Shown here: positions 1 to 12,224 of the stretch, one piece after another
How the letters are laid out: the number at the start of each line of letters is the position of its first letter
Numbering within the stretch: the first letter of the stretch is position 1
Assembly (NCBI GenBank): GCA_951406725.2
Contig: OX597826.1
Span: 54,374,001-54,438,000, forward strand
Source: Octopus vulgaris
Lineage: Eukaryota
DNA: 64,000 nucleotides
Direction: 5' to 3'
Notes under the pieces: generated by a model
The model's database searches: none
The model's input: the letters and a program-made list of their open reading frames with translations, nothing else
Told to the model about the DNA's origin: nothing
Program-made: the position numbers and the translations under genes

Positions 1-214
1 GAAAAATAGATTTATTCAGGTGCAAAAGAGTAAGACATCTTGTTCCTATTTTAGGTTTTTGCAGATGAAAGTTAAGCTTAAATTACAACGTTGCAAAGTA
101 TATTAAAAGGCATTTTATCAGTGATAGTTGATTAATAAATTAATCAATATATTTAATTTAATTCCTCTTATCTAAGATTCTTGGATTATTGAGGGACAAG
201 GGTGGGGGGAAATG

Positions 215-1045
215 CAGCTGTCACTAGTGAGAAATAATGTCGTGGCAGTAGTGATGATGGTAATGATGGTGGTGGTGGTGGTGGTGGTGGTGATGGTGGT
301 GGTGGTATCTTGGCGGAGGTGGTGTAGGGTGAGGGCGGTGTGTTGATAGAGATGGTGTAAACCAGTGGAGGCGGGGGTGAGATGGGGAGTTCGGTGTTGC
401 TGGTGTAGGTCAATGGTGGTGAGTGGGATGGTAATGATGGCGAAGACCAAAGGGAAGAAAGAGTAGTGGTATTAGTAGTGGTAGTGGTAGCGATGGAGGT
501 CTGGTGATATCTGTGTTAGCTGTAGTAGTAGTAGTAGTAGTAGTCGATGTCGTTGTCGTTATAGTAGTATCAGAAATAAGGATGGCAGCGGTGATGGTGG
601 TGGTGGCGATGGTAAGGTGGTTTCGGGGCTGATAATAGTAGTGGTATTACTATTGTTGGTATTATTAATGATGGTGGCGGCGACGGTGTTGGTGAAGGTT
701 GTGGCGGTATGGTGATATTTGTGCTGATGGTAGTGGTAGTGGTAGTAATGAAAAAGGTGGTGATGCTGTTGGTTGTGTTGGCTACGGTGGTTTGATTATG
801 CTGGTGACAGTAGTAGTAGTAGCAGTAGCAGTAGTAGCAGCAGTGGTATTAGTAGTAGTAGTAGTAATAGTAGCAACAGCAGTATTAGTAGTAGTAGTGG
901 CTGCCGTAGTAGTGTTAGTAGTAGTAGAGGTAATAGTAGTAAGTAGTAGTAATAGAAGTAGTATTATTAAGTAGTAGTTGTAAAAGAAGCAGTAGTAGTA
1001 GTAGTAGTAGTCGTAGTAGTAATTATAGTAGTAGTAGTTGGTCAG
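215..1045. repeat. Degenerate (GGT)n/(GTA)n low-complexity tract
   Basis: Trinucleotide repeats visible directly; they explain the poly-T/V/P/Y ORFs here. Confidence 0.9.
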
Positions 1046-1059
1046 TAGCAAAGAAGAGT

Positions 1060-1245
1060 AGAAGGCCTCCAGTGGATTTGATCCTACGGAGGTCGTATTG
1101 GTGCTCATTGAGGAGAGAATAAAATTCAAAATGGTTGAAGGTTGTTTTTGATAATGATTGTCCCCAGTTACCTTTGAAATACTGGCAATACAATGGGACA
1201 ATTGTTAGCAGCGCCTGAGATGGTGATGGAGTTATGGGCTGGTCT
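1060..1245 (-). mobile_element. Possible Penelope-like element GIY-YIG endonuclease remnant
   Basis: Minus translation SISKVTGDNHYQKQPSTILNFILSSMSTNTTSVGSN loosely resembles the PLE endonuclease C-terminal region (LSK..W.....F...W.IL); heavily decayed. Confidence 0.3.
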
Positions 1246-1328
1246 TCTTGGGAATATTATACATTATATACATGACCACCGGGGTATATCTCTGTAGAGA
1301 GGGAAGGATAGCGAGCGTTATGTGTATG

Positions 1329-1825
1329 CAGAGCGGGATTAAGACTTATAGGGGCCCTAAGCATTTTCGAGGGGCTGCTGAAAAGTTCCTGGAGGATCAG
1401 TTAATTATGATGTTATTCATCATATTCCCCTCTTAAATTCGCACACTTATTGCAGCACTTGTTCAGTTTTTCTAAGCCCTTAAAAAAAAAAAAAAAGATC
1501 TCGGAAGGTTGGGCCTCCAGCCTGACCCTTTGCGGTCCCTTTAAAGTCAAGAACTTTTCAGTACCTCCTCGTAAAAAAATTTGGTGCCCGCCATATATAT
1601 GTAATTCAAAATATAAACAATAATAATTCATAAAATAGATTTATACTTTTCAAAATGAAATAAAATTGAGAAAGATGGAAAGTAATGTTTATTTTTGTAT
1701 ATTTTCACCTTATTTATATTTGAACAAATTTCTTCTGCTTTTTTTTAAATTACAAAGTCTTTGATCAGATTCTCAAAATTAGTCTTCCGTAACACATCTA
1801 CTTAGTAGAGATAAGGCACCTCCAA
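1329..1825 (-). mobile_element. hAT transposon 3' end (dimerisation-domain remnant), interrupted by a mariner-derived MITE
   Basis: Terminal CAGAGCGGGATTAAGAC...GGGGCCCTAAGC resembles hAT ends; minus strand 1730-1820 reads LSLLS/DVLRKTNFENLIKDF..KKSRR, like a hAT C-terminus. Confidence 0.6.
1368..1571 (-). mobile_element. Mariner-derived MITE
   Basis: Imperfect TIRs CGAGGGGCTGCTGAAAAGTTC / GAACTTTTCAGTACCTCCTCG followed by TA; retains a mariner C-terminus KCANLRGEYDE*; related copy at 35520-35720. Confidence 0.65.
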
Positions 1826-1959
1826 AATTATTTTAACAAGTGATTTCTTTTGTACCGTAAACCATTTACCATTTCTATGGTACTACACCTGCATCTCCTT
1901 TGATGCCCTAAGCACATGCTTATTTTGCTTAATGCGTAATCCAGCGCTGTGTGTTTGGT

Positions 1960-2435
1960 TATACGAATGTCGAACGGTACGTGCAGTTTCGCTCATTTAC
2001 GAAAAATGCTAAATTTAGTCGTTTGACATAGAGCCCCAAGGGCTGTTTGAAAGTTGCATTTCGAACATTGCAAATACGTCTCACCTTAAGTGGTATAGTG
2101 TTGTTTGTCTTGTCTGATTTATGGATATTTAAATACCTTTTTAGACCAACTCGGGACTTACATGCCTTATGACGAATATGGCACATGAACGCATAGGCTG
2201 CAATGATGGCTGTCACATGGACGTGATGTGAGATGTGAAGTTAAACCAACTTTAGAAAGGCAGGTTTTTCCCACGTTGAAACACTGAACGATGACACCAA
2301 TTCCGTGTTCAGCCAGTTTCTCTTTTTACATGGTTCTCATCATTTCTGCATACTTGTCTTTCATTTCTTCAAAATATTTTACCGCAGACCAGATATTTTT
2401 TCATTTGTCTGTCAAGAGATTATAGCTTCAACTAG
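1960..2435 (-). mobile_element. RTE-clade LINE 3' fragment with C2H2 zinc fingers (decayed)
   Basis: Minus frames give IWSAVKIF.., CFNVGKTCLSKVGLTSHL and FMCHIRHKACKSRVGLKRYLNIH, matching the C..C...C.SR.GL.SH...H finger at the end of RTE/BovB-type ORFs. Confidence 0.65.
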
Positions 2436-2469
2436 ACTCAATATCTTCGCGTGGCATTATATGTACATA

Positions 2470-2686
2470 GATTGATAGATACATACATATATACATATAT
2501 ATGTATATACATATATACATATACATACATATATACATATATGTATATATTGTATATATGAGTATATATATATACATACGCATGAATACATACATACATA
2601 CATTTATATATATATATATATGTATATATATTCATATATATATATGTATATATATATATGTGTATATATATATATATATGTATATA

Positions 2687-2730
<44 letters not shown>

Positions 2731-2742
2731 TGTATATATATC

Positions 2743-2792
<50 letters not shown>

Positions 2793-3249
2793 GTATGTGT
2801 GTGTGTGTGCACGTACAGGCAGGTATGAAGTGTCTAGCCGACCTGTCAGCACTGTCAGTCTAACAATTACTCAACATTTCATGCCCACTCCGCCACAGTA
2901 ACATTATATATACGTATATTTATTTGTATTTTCGATATTTTTCATTTTTATTATTGCTGGATGATGGAATTTGCTTTGTGGTGACGTTCCTCGTTGTGAC
3001 ACTTGTGGCATACTTACGTACATACATGCATATATACATGTATATACGCACATACATACATATATATATGTATGCGCATAGATATATACACTATATATGC
3101 ATATGAACACACACGTGTATATATATATATATATATATATATGCATATATATATATACATATATATATACACACACACACATATATATATATAGATATAT
3201 ATATATACATACATGTATATGTATATATGTATACATTTATATATATTTA

Positions 3250-3285
<36 letters not shown>

Positions 3286-3696
3286 TATGTTCATACGCAC
3301 ATAATTTATAAGCTTTCATCAGCAGAACTTGGAAGGTGACTCTAGGGACGAGAGTTTCGATTATGGAAATAATCAAACTAAGCGCACGGCCCTTGTTCTT
3401 TGAGTCACTTTGTGACTTCATCGATTAAAAATTATGTACCCCCCACCCACACTCGCGCACGCGCGCGTCTTTCATGTGTGTTTGCGTGTATTTATGTCTC
3501 TATGCATGCACGTGATTTGTCTATGTATGTACGTGCATGTGAGCGTGCACTCTCTCTCTCTCTGAGTGCGTATATGTTTCTATATCTGTGATATATATGA
3601 AACCAGATCGTTCATTCGTGCCTACATATGTATGCGAATCTTTGTGTGTGTGTGAGTGTGTGTACTGTCAGAGAATTTCGTATAAGTATATATATA

Positions 3697-3729
<33 letters not shown>

Positions 3730-3784
3730 CTATATACATATAATTATATATATATATATGTGTATATATATATAAGTATATATA

Positions 3785-3827
<43 letters not shown>

Positions 3828-3991
3828 ACATATAAGTATATATATATATATACAAGTATATATATATATATATATGTAAGTATATATATAAACATATATA
3901 TATAAGTATATATATATATATAAGAATATATATATATAAACATATATATATAAGTATATATACATATATATATATATATAAGTATATATAT

Positions 3992-4086
<95 letters not shown>

Positions 4087-4520
4087 TACATACACATATA
4101 TATTTCTGCTATTTGATATTTTCATGTTATTCAAACGCCGCCATATTTCGAAGCCGTTCTTATTGTTGTAACTATTGTTGTCGTTCCTTTTGTTGTTATC
4201 GTTACAGTTATTGCTATTCTTCATATTGTATTCATTGGTGTTGTTACTGTTATTTCATTTGTCTTTTTTTCCCCATTATTGTTGTTGTTCTTGCTTCTAT
4301 TGTCGACATTGTTGTTAGTATTTCTTATGTTATTGTGGTTGCTGTTGCTGTGATTGTCATTGTCCTTGTTGCTCTTACTCTTATCGTTGTTGTTGTTGTG
4401 GTGGATGTCTGTAATATTATTCTCGTTGCACTTATTGTTGTTGCTGTTATTATTGCTATTATTCCAGTTGTTGGTGTGGTTATTATTATTATTATTATCA
4501 TTATTATTATTATTATTATT
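2470..4520. repeat. (TA)n/(CA)n/(TATG)n microsatellites followed by a (TTG)/(TTA) low-complexity tract
   Basis: Directly visible; the YIYI ORFs are artefacts. Confidence 0.9.
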
Positions 4521-4522
4521 AT

Positions 4523-5076
4523 TGAGTGAGAGAGCAGTTCATGCCATCAAAGTGACACTGGGGTAAAATATACGAAGCCCAATATACCCATCATGACTAC
4601 CCGTCTGATAAAGGTACACCAGGCACATGCATCACAACCATATGTGCGCGACATGGTGATCTCATATCAAGATAAACAGCACATGACCTTGCAGGTGGGG
4701 CCCAGTCAGAATTTTCTTCAGGTTGAGTAGCCCATCCTGCTCAAACGGTCCCTGAATAAGGGTTGTTTAAGGATGTTGAAAGAACCACCCATGTTTCCAG
4801 AGGTGAACTATTCAAACCCCAAAGAATCCCTCTCAACACATGGCTATGATGCTTCCCCACTACTTCTGCTCGTGATCAGAGATGCACATATCGTCAGCCA
4901 CTAGTAAGGGACATGCTCAACTGGTTAAGGTCAAACAAGTGACAAGCAAATCTGTGGTATTGAGCAGAATATTTGCTGTAGCCCATCTTTTATACCAAGA
5001 CAAAACAATGTACGTGATAACACTTCCAATCAGTTAAGATCAGAAGCCATGAGAGCCACTGCCTGGTACTGCATCA
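4523..5076 (-). mobile_element. ~550-bp interspersed repeat with (TAA)n tail, copy 1 (SINE or LINE 3' UTR)
   Basis: Highly similar to 6142-6692 and, inverted, to 25345-25640; ends CTCTCTCACTCAA(TAA)n on the minus strand. Confidence 0.8.
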
Positions 5077-5112
5077 TTGTTATTATTATTATTATCATTA
5101 TTACAATTGATA

Positions 5113-6085
5113 AGGCGGCGAGCTGGCAGAAACGTTAGCACGCCGGGCGAAATGCTTAGCGGTATTTCGTCTGCTGTTACATTCTGAGTTCAAATTCCGC
5201 CGAGATCGACTTTGCCTTTCATCCATTCGGGGTCAATTAAATAAGTACCAGTTACGCACTGGGGTCGATATAATCGACTTAATCCGTTTGTCTGTCTTTG
5301 TTTACCCTCTCTGTGTTTAGCCCCTTGTGCGTAGTAAAGAAATAGGTATTTCGTCTGCTGCTACGTTCTGAGTTGAAATTCCGCCGAGGTCGACTTAGCC
5401 TTTCATCCTTTCAGGGTCGATTAAATAAGTACCGGTTACACACTGGGGTCGGTGTAATCGACTTAATCCGTTTGTCTGTCCTTGTTTGTCCCCTCTATGT
5501 TTAGCCCCTTGTCGGCACTAAAGAAATAAGAATCGTTAGCATGCCGAACAAAATGCTTAACAGTATTACATCCATCTTTACGATTTGATTTCAAATTCTT
5601 CCGAGGTCGACTTTGCTTTTCATCCTTTTAGGGCCTATTACACCGACTCCCTCCTCCTCTCAGAAACTGTTAACCTAGTACCAAGATTTGAAACTATTGA
5701 AGGTGGCGAGCTAATAAAATCGTTTGCGTGCCGTACAAAATACTTAGCGGCTGGGATCGGCGAAATAAGTCCTAGTTGAGCATTGAGGCTCATGTAATCG
5801 ACATTCCCCTTCTCTCAAAACTGCAGGCCTTATGCTTATAGTAAATGGGATTATTATCATTATTATAGTTGTTGAGGCGGCGAGTTGGTAGAATCGTTAC
5901 CGCGCCGGACAAAATGCTTAGCGGAATCTCGTCCGTCTATACGGTCTGAGTTCAAATTCCGCCAGTGCTGACTTTACTTTTCATCCTTTCAGGGTCGATA
6001 AAATACATACCAGGTGCGTACTCGTGTCGATGTAATCGACCATCCCTTTCCCCAAATTTCAGTCCTTGTGCCTCTAGGAAAAATG

Positions 6086-6090
<5 letters not shown>
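5113..6090 (+). mobile_element. Cluster of ~5 copies or fragments of SINE family A (GGCGGCGAGCTGGCAGAAACGTTAGCACGCCGGGCG...)
   Basis: Repeated head with B-box-like GAGTTCAAATTCC and body GTCGACTTTGCCTTTCATCCTTTCGGGGTCGA; (ATT)n tails; same family at 18.1, 21.9, 35.1 and 57.9-59.6 kb. Confidence 0.85.
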
Positions 6091-6141
<51 letters not shown>

Positions 6142-6142
<1 letters not shown>

Positions 6143-6692
6143 GAGTGAGAGAGCAGTGCATGCCATCAAAGTGATACTGGGGTAAAATATATGAAGCCCA
6201 GTATACCCATCATGACTACCCGTCTGATAAGGGTACACTAGGCACATGCATCACAACCATATGTGCGCGACATGATGATCTCATATCAAGATAAACAGCA
6301 CATGACCTTGCAGGTGGGGCCCAGTTAGAATTTTCTTCAGGTCGAGTAGCCCAGCCCACTCAAAAGGTCCTTGATTAAGGGTTGGTTAAGGATGTTAAAC
6401 GAAACATCCATGTTCCAGAGGTGAATTATCCAAACCTCCAAAGAATCCCTCTCAACGCATGGCTATGATGCTCCCCGACTACTTCTGCTCGTGATCAGTG
6501 ACGCACATATCGTCAGCCACTAAGGGACATGCTCAACTGGTTAAGGTCAAACAACTGACAAGCAAATCTGTTCTATTGAGCAGAATATTCGCTGTAGCCC
6601 ATCTTTTATACTAACACAAAGCAATATACATGAAAACACTTCCAATCAGTTAAGATCAGAAGCCACGAGAGCCACTGCATGGTATTGCATCA
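6142..6692 (-). mobile_element. ~550-bp interspersed repeat with (TAA)n tail, copy 2
   Basis: Aligns along its length with 4523-5076. Confidence 0.8.
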
Positions 6693-6733
6693 GGGTATTT
6701 ATTATCCTCCACCTCCTCCTCCTCCTTCTCCTT

Positions 6734-6774
<41 letters not shown>

Positions 6775-6804
6775 TATCATCATCATCATCGTCATTATTG
6801 TAAT

Positions 6805-7030
6805 TTTATTATCTTTGCACAGCTTCTAACGCTGGAGATGTACTACAGTGTCAGCTGTCCACTACCAGTAAAACCAAGATAACACCCCTTAGTTTTCGAG
6901 CACCATCCGGAGTATTCGAGCAGTTCCAAGCAGTGCTGTTTTCTGCAAGTGCTCAACCCTTATTGCAGTCCCTATTTGTTCCATATGCTTCTCAAGAGCT
7001 CCCAGGGCTCCGACAATTATTGGTGCAAGG
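6805..7030 (-). mobile_element. Dong/R4-like non-LTR retrotransposon 3' end
   Basis: Minus translation PIIVGALGALEKHMEQIGTAIRVEHLQKTALLGTARILRMVLEN* matches the restriction-like endonuclease C-terminus of R4/Dong elements. Confidence 0.8.
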
Positions 7031-7139
7031 CCTGACAAATGACAAGATATTCTTTAGTCAATGAAGGAAAGCTTCCACCTGGGCACTCAACGTACTAGAA
7101 ATAGCAACCGAATCTCCTTTCATCTCATACATAGCAGTA

Positions 7140-7469
7140 CGTGTCGTTGTGGGTGATGGTTCACTTCCGCTACCAACAGCAAGACGACTACCACCACCGC
7201 CTCAACCATCACCAGGTTATGGTGATAGTGTTGTTGATGCTGGTGGTGATAGTGATGACGATGATGATACCACTCCTAGTGGTTGGGTAGTTATGATGGT
7301 GGTGATAAAGGTGACGGTGGTTGTTGTGTTGTAGATGTCGGAGTTGCCGATGGTACTAGAGGTAGAGGTTATGGCGGTGATTCGGCTGCGGTGGTTGTGG
7401 TGGTAGTTGCGATGATATTGGTAGTGATGATGATTATGTTTCACAAGAAGACGACACACACACACACAT

Positions 7470-7504
<35 letters not shown>

Positions 7505-8209
7505 AATATGTGTGTATGTATGCATACATATACATGCATACACAGACACACTCACATACACACACATATATAGAGGAAAAAAGGAAAGAGGAAAATGGAG
7601 CAAATGATAAAGGAGTGTGGGGAGAAGATGAAGAAGAAAATGAAGGATATGTGCTTGGGGAAATTTAGAGGAGGAAACTTATATGCGCGCGTCTGTATAA
7701 CCCCACCAGATACATGCATATATATATATATGTGTTCGTGTGCGTGTACTGTGTGTGTATATGTGTGTATGTGTATACTTACGGAGAAAGCCAAAGAAGG
7801 AGAGGGAGAGAGAGTTTGATTGATATTCAAGTTGTAAAGCAGAAAGATAGGTTGACAAAGAGATAGATTTGTGTGTATGCGTGCGTGTGTGTGTGTGTAT
7901 GTGCGTGCGTGAGAGCGGGAGAGAGAGGGGGAGAGAGGGAGAGAGAGAGAAATGAGAGATACATACTACTGTGCATGTGTGAGTAAGAAACAAACAAAGA
8001 AGAGGAAAGAGAGAAGGGAAATAGGGGAAAGTGTAATAAATTATATACGTATGGGGAAAAAGGAGCAGAGAGTGGGTGGATGAGATAGCAGGTAAATGTT
8101 TGAAAGACACAGATAGAAAGATAGAAAGGGACAGGAGAAAATGTGTATATGTGGTGTATGTGTGTTTGTGTGTGTGTTTGTATGTTTGTGTGTGTGTGTG
8201 TTGTATGTA

Positions 8210-8247
<38 letters not shown>

Positions 8248-8950
8248 TGTGTGTGTGTGTATTGAAAATGGTGCTGCCATCACAAGGAATTATTGGTCTA
8301 ATCTTAGATTGATATCGCCAATAATTCTTCTCTTCAATAAAGTTAAGGAAATTCTCGAAAAATTTTTCATCTGATATGAAAGAGTGTTATGGCTGGTGGG
8401 ATGGTGAGGTGATGGGCGTGGTGTTGGCGGTGATGTGTTGGTGGTGGTGTGTTGGTGGGGTGGTGGTCGTGGTGGTGGTGTACTGGTTGTGTTGATGTTG
8501 ATGGCTGTGGTTTGTTAGTGGTGGTGGGGGGTGTTTGTAGGGTAGTGGTGGTGGCGTGTTTGTGCTGGGTGATGTTGGGCGGGGGTCTGATTTGATGATG
8601 GTGTGTTGGTGTGTTAGAGTGTAAGTGAGTTGATAGTGGGGGCTGGGTGTTCGTGGGAATGTGGTGGGTGGTTGATTGGTACGGCGGTGCAGTGGTGTGT
8701 ATGTGTGGAGGGGTTAGTGTGGTGGTGTTTTAGTAAGGCTGTGTGTTGGTGTGGTAGTAGATTAATCAGATGGTGGATTGGTATGGTGGTGTAGGTGGGA
8801 GTTAGTGTATAGGATCGGTGTGGTAGTGTTTTAGTGTAGTTATGTGGTGGTGTGTTGGTTTAGTTGTTGCGTTAACGTACTGGTGAGTTAGTACAGCAGT
8901 GAGTTAGTGCGGTGAAGCAGTGGTTGTTTGCTTTGGTGCAGTGTTGATAT
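7140..8950. repeat. Mixed (GGT)/(CA)/(GA)/(GT) microsatellites and GT-rich low complexity
   Basis: Directly visible. Confidence 0.8.
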
Positions 8951-8999
8951 GAGCTCCTTGCAGATCATTTAGAAAGGTAAAAATTACTAAAAACATAAT

Positions 9000-10050
9000 T
9001 ATTATTTCTAGACCTTTACAGTCACATCTTCAGGATGGGGTTAAGTTGTCGTTTATTGCTGCCTTTTTAGAGTAAGCAGAGCCAGTGTGTCTGATGTAGA
9101 CCTTTCTGCTGGAAAAGTTTGATTAATAGATTTATGCGTCATCAGTCAGGTGTTAATTTTTATTAATGACTGATGTATATTGCCACCGTATTGTTTTAGC
9201 ATTTTCCTGTATTATGAATATTGCTTCTATCATTAATGGTGTATGTTTGTAAGGAATTCTTTATTGTACGTAATGACGTATTTATTCCTTCTTAATACAT
9301 TCTGGCAGATTCGAACGTGAATATTCGATCGCTGTTGTTAGTCATCGGAGAACATCGCCGCTTCTCTTTAGATGACACGTCATCATAACACACGTGATTC
9401 ACCGGTGTAAAAGGACTTTGAGTCACCGCGCTGTTTCGACCTTATTGTGTGTTACCATGTCGGCCCGATGAACCTAACAAGACCACGAGCTTTTGTTTAT
9501 AGAAATCAGCAGTGTGCTATGTCTACCAAACAGACAATAATACATGAAGTACCAGTAGAACAGTGAGACTATACATTCTTAATAAGTTCTGACAGATTGA
9601 AATGTGAATTCTTCATTCACGTTCTAATCTACCAGAACGCGTTAAGAATTATTAGATACGTTATTGTTCGGATTCTTATTGTTCTGCTAGCACTCCATAC
9701 ATTATTAATTGTATTGTTTAGCGATGTTGTTTACAAACATTTTACAGCCATGGTTTTTTTTTTTTTGTCGTGTGGAATTTAGTGCTTTGGTGATTCTCCT
9801 TGGTGTAAGTGAATGGTGAGACTGTTGTACTTATTTAATGGCTGTTGTGTGCTTGTGTGTTAGTTTTAACATCGTGCTGTAAAATGAGGATCGCTTCCAT
9901 CATTAATTGTCTAATTTTATGAAAAATTCTATAGACTATAGATGTGTTGTGAATGTTTTCATGGCTATTTTTGATGTGTTGTGTCGTGTTGCATATTGCA
10001 ATTATTCCTAGTTGTTTTGTAGTGAGTCGGCGAGAGAGCTCTGCCAGCAC
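9000..10050 (-). mobile_element. Penelope-like element 3' remnants (two GIY-YIG C-termini plus decayed HHR-like tails)
   Basis: Minus-strand LSRRLTT...IRQLMMEAILILQH (9880-10040) and LMIEAIFII (~9215-9240); CTGAAGA..GAAA on the minus strand at 9005-9033. Confidence 0.55.
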
Positions 10051-10900
10051 TGGAAGATCAATTTCTCAGCCTTACACAAAATGCATTAATCCCAGACCAA
10101 AGTACATTCCTGAACTTCGGTCAAAACTAGGGCTGTCTAATAGCTACATCGGCCTCCGAACAAGACAATACACAAGGAAGCCTTAAATTCAGAACAAAAT
10201 CTAACCATACCGTAAGAGCGGGGCTGGTCGTAGCTTCCACTTAGAATTGAAATAGGATCAAAACGATAACAGTTGAAATTAAGCTCAAACAATTGAAATC
10301 AAACCCCAGAAAATATCACTGATAAAACCATTATAAACATAAAGTATTAAATTAAACACTAAATAAGAAGCAGCTGCAATAAAAATAGATACTTAAAGAA
10401 CATTAACCAAATATTCAAAACGAAATTTAAGCACATTGTATGATTTTAAAATTATCGGTAATTTCACAAGATTTTAACGTAGCATGAACGAATGTATTTG
10501 GAATGATGCACAAAAACGCATCTATTACAAAAAATGACAATTTACTCAACGGCAAAAATAGATTTATAAGTATTCTGAATAGTAATAACATCCGATTAAA
10601 TGTTAAGCTGAATAAACTAATTAATCACTGTGATAAATGCGCAAATTAAAGCTTCTTATCTTCTCCGTATTGAAGGAGAATTTAACCCAGCAAATATCTA
10701 TAGAACAGTAAAGATATACAAACAAAACAATTCCCTCCTGGTACGGCTCATAATATCTCTAATTAATGCACCAACATACATGATTGCTAAACAAATACAC
10801 TACATTATTAAACTATACTTCGTAATGAGTTATAGTATTCGGTCATTTCGGAGTGATGCCACATGCGGTCATTTGAAGAATTCCTAGAGAGCTTAAAAGA
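10050..10900 (+). mobile_element. Penelope-like element RT N-terminal remnant
   Basis: PANIYRTVKIYKQNNSLLVRLIISLINAPTYMIAKQIHYIIK matches the PLE motif P..YGLPKIHK...PLRPIIS....PTY.LAK.L..IIKP. Confidence 0.75.
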
Positions 10901-11368
10901 AACCAACGGAGGAGGCTAGAACTCCATGTTGGTTATAGAGAGCTTGTTTAATAAAGATCCACTGGCAGAAAAAAACATAACAAAACAGAAACCGAATTAA
11001 ATAGCGTATAAAAACAACCCCAATGATAAACCCATACATGATGCCACCTAAAATCACTAGTGTAGTTAACAACAAAATTCCCATTCGCTGCTCACAGGGC
11101 AAATTACAAAAAAACTTCGAAGGGAATGAAAAATAAAAACATTTAATTTTTCATTCACTTCGAAGTTTTATCCCTAATAGTGGTTTGGAATTTAACTGTT
11201 CTGTCTAGCATGCAAGGAGTCCTATGAAGGATGCCTCTTATGTGTTTAAATGTACACTGTATTTATATGAACAATATATAGTCTATTGACTAAATTTTTA
11301 CACGCTAGGCCACTGGTAGTAGAAATTGCTAATATTTCTTATTACCCTTGATATTATTAATCATACAT

Positions 11369-11427
<59 letters not shown>

Positions 11428-11434
11428 TATATAT

Positions 11435-11556
11435 AAATCCAAAAAACCGAAGAACAAGCACACAAAAAACAATAATGCGAGGACGTGGTAATGTAAAGTA
11501 TTAGCTGACGTTCAGGAAAGGAAAGAAAGATGGTTTAACGTTTCGAGCAGAGCTCT
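11435..11556 (-). mobile_element. PLE-type terminal repeat fragment with truncated HHR 3' half
   Basis: Minus GAGC-TCT-GCTC-GAAACGTT; related sequence inverted at 18950-19030. Confidence 0.45.
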
Positions 11557-11860
11557 CTATCTATATATGTATAGATTCAGTAAGGTATTTATGTAGCACT
11601 TGCTGAAATCAGAACCATCGCTCCAAAACCTCCAGAAACTCACTATAATGATACACACAGGCGATGTAATGAACACAGGAGAAATAGGCTTACCTTGTGT
11701 TGAATACATAAATAAGGAATGTATATTTCAATGTCAGTTGATTTCACCTGTAAAGGTGTATATTTTGCCTGTAAAGGTGTAAACTTGCTAGCCACCTTGT
11801 TATTACCTTATTATTATGATTAATAACGGTAATAATATATCTTTATTTAAATTAATATAA

Positions 11861-11935
<75 letters not shown>

Positions 11936-11939
11936 TGTT

Positions 11940-12170
11940 TGTGTTTGTCGCCCACCACCGCTTGACAATTGGTGTTGGTTTGTTTATGTTACTGTAACCT
12001 AGCAGTTCGGCAAAATCAACCGATAGTATATGTTCCTGGCTTACAAAATAAAATAAATAAATAAGAAGAAAAAAAAAAAACACTGGGGTCGATTTATTCG
12101 ACTGAAATATTTTTCAAGGCGATGCCCCAGTATGACCGGAGTTTAATGGCTGAAACAAGTAACAAATGAA
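11940..12170 (+). mobile_element. SINE family B 3' half
   Basis: Matches the 3' half of the full copy at 36134-36545 (GTAACTTAGCGGTTCGGCAAAA...ATGACTGAAACAAGTAA). Confidence 0.75.
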
Positions 12171-12224
12171 AGATTAATATAATACATATTAATCAACAAC
12201 GAATAATTCTAATAAATTAAGAGA

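Noticed and set aside
9953-10186. SYIG in the plus-strand ORF as a GIY-YIG motif
   Set aside because: Wrong position relative to the plus-strand RT N-terminus and no upstream GIY-like triplet; likely chance.
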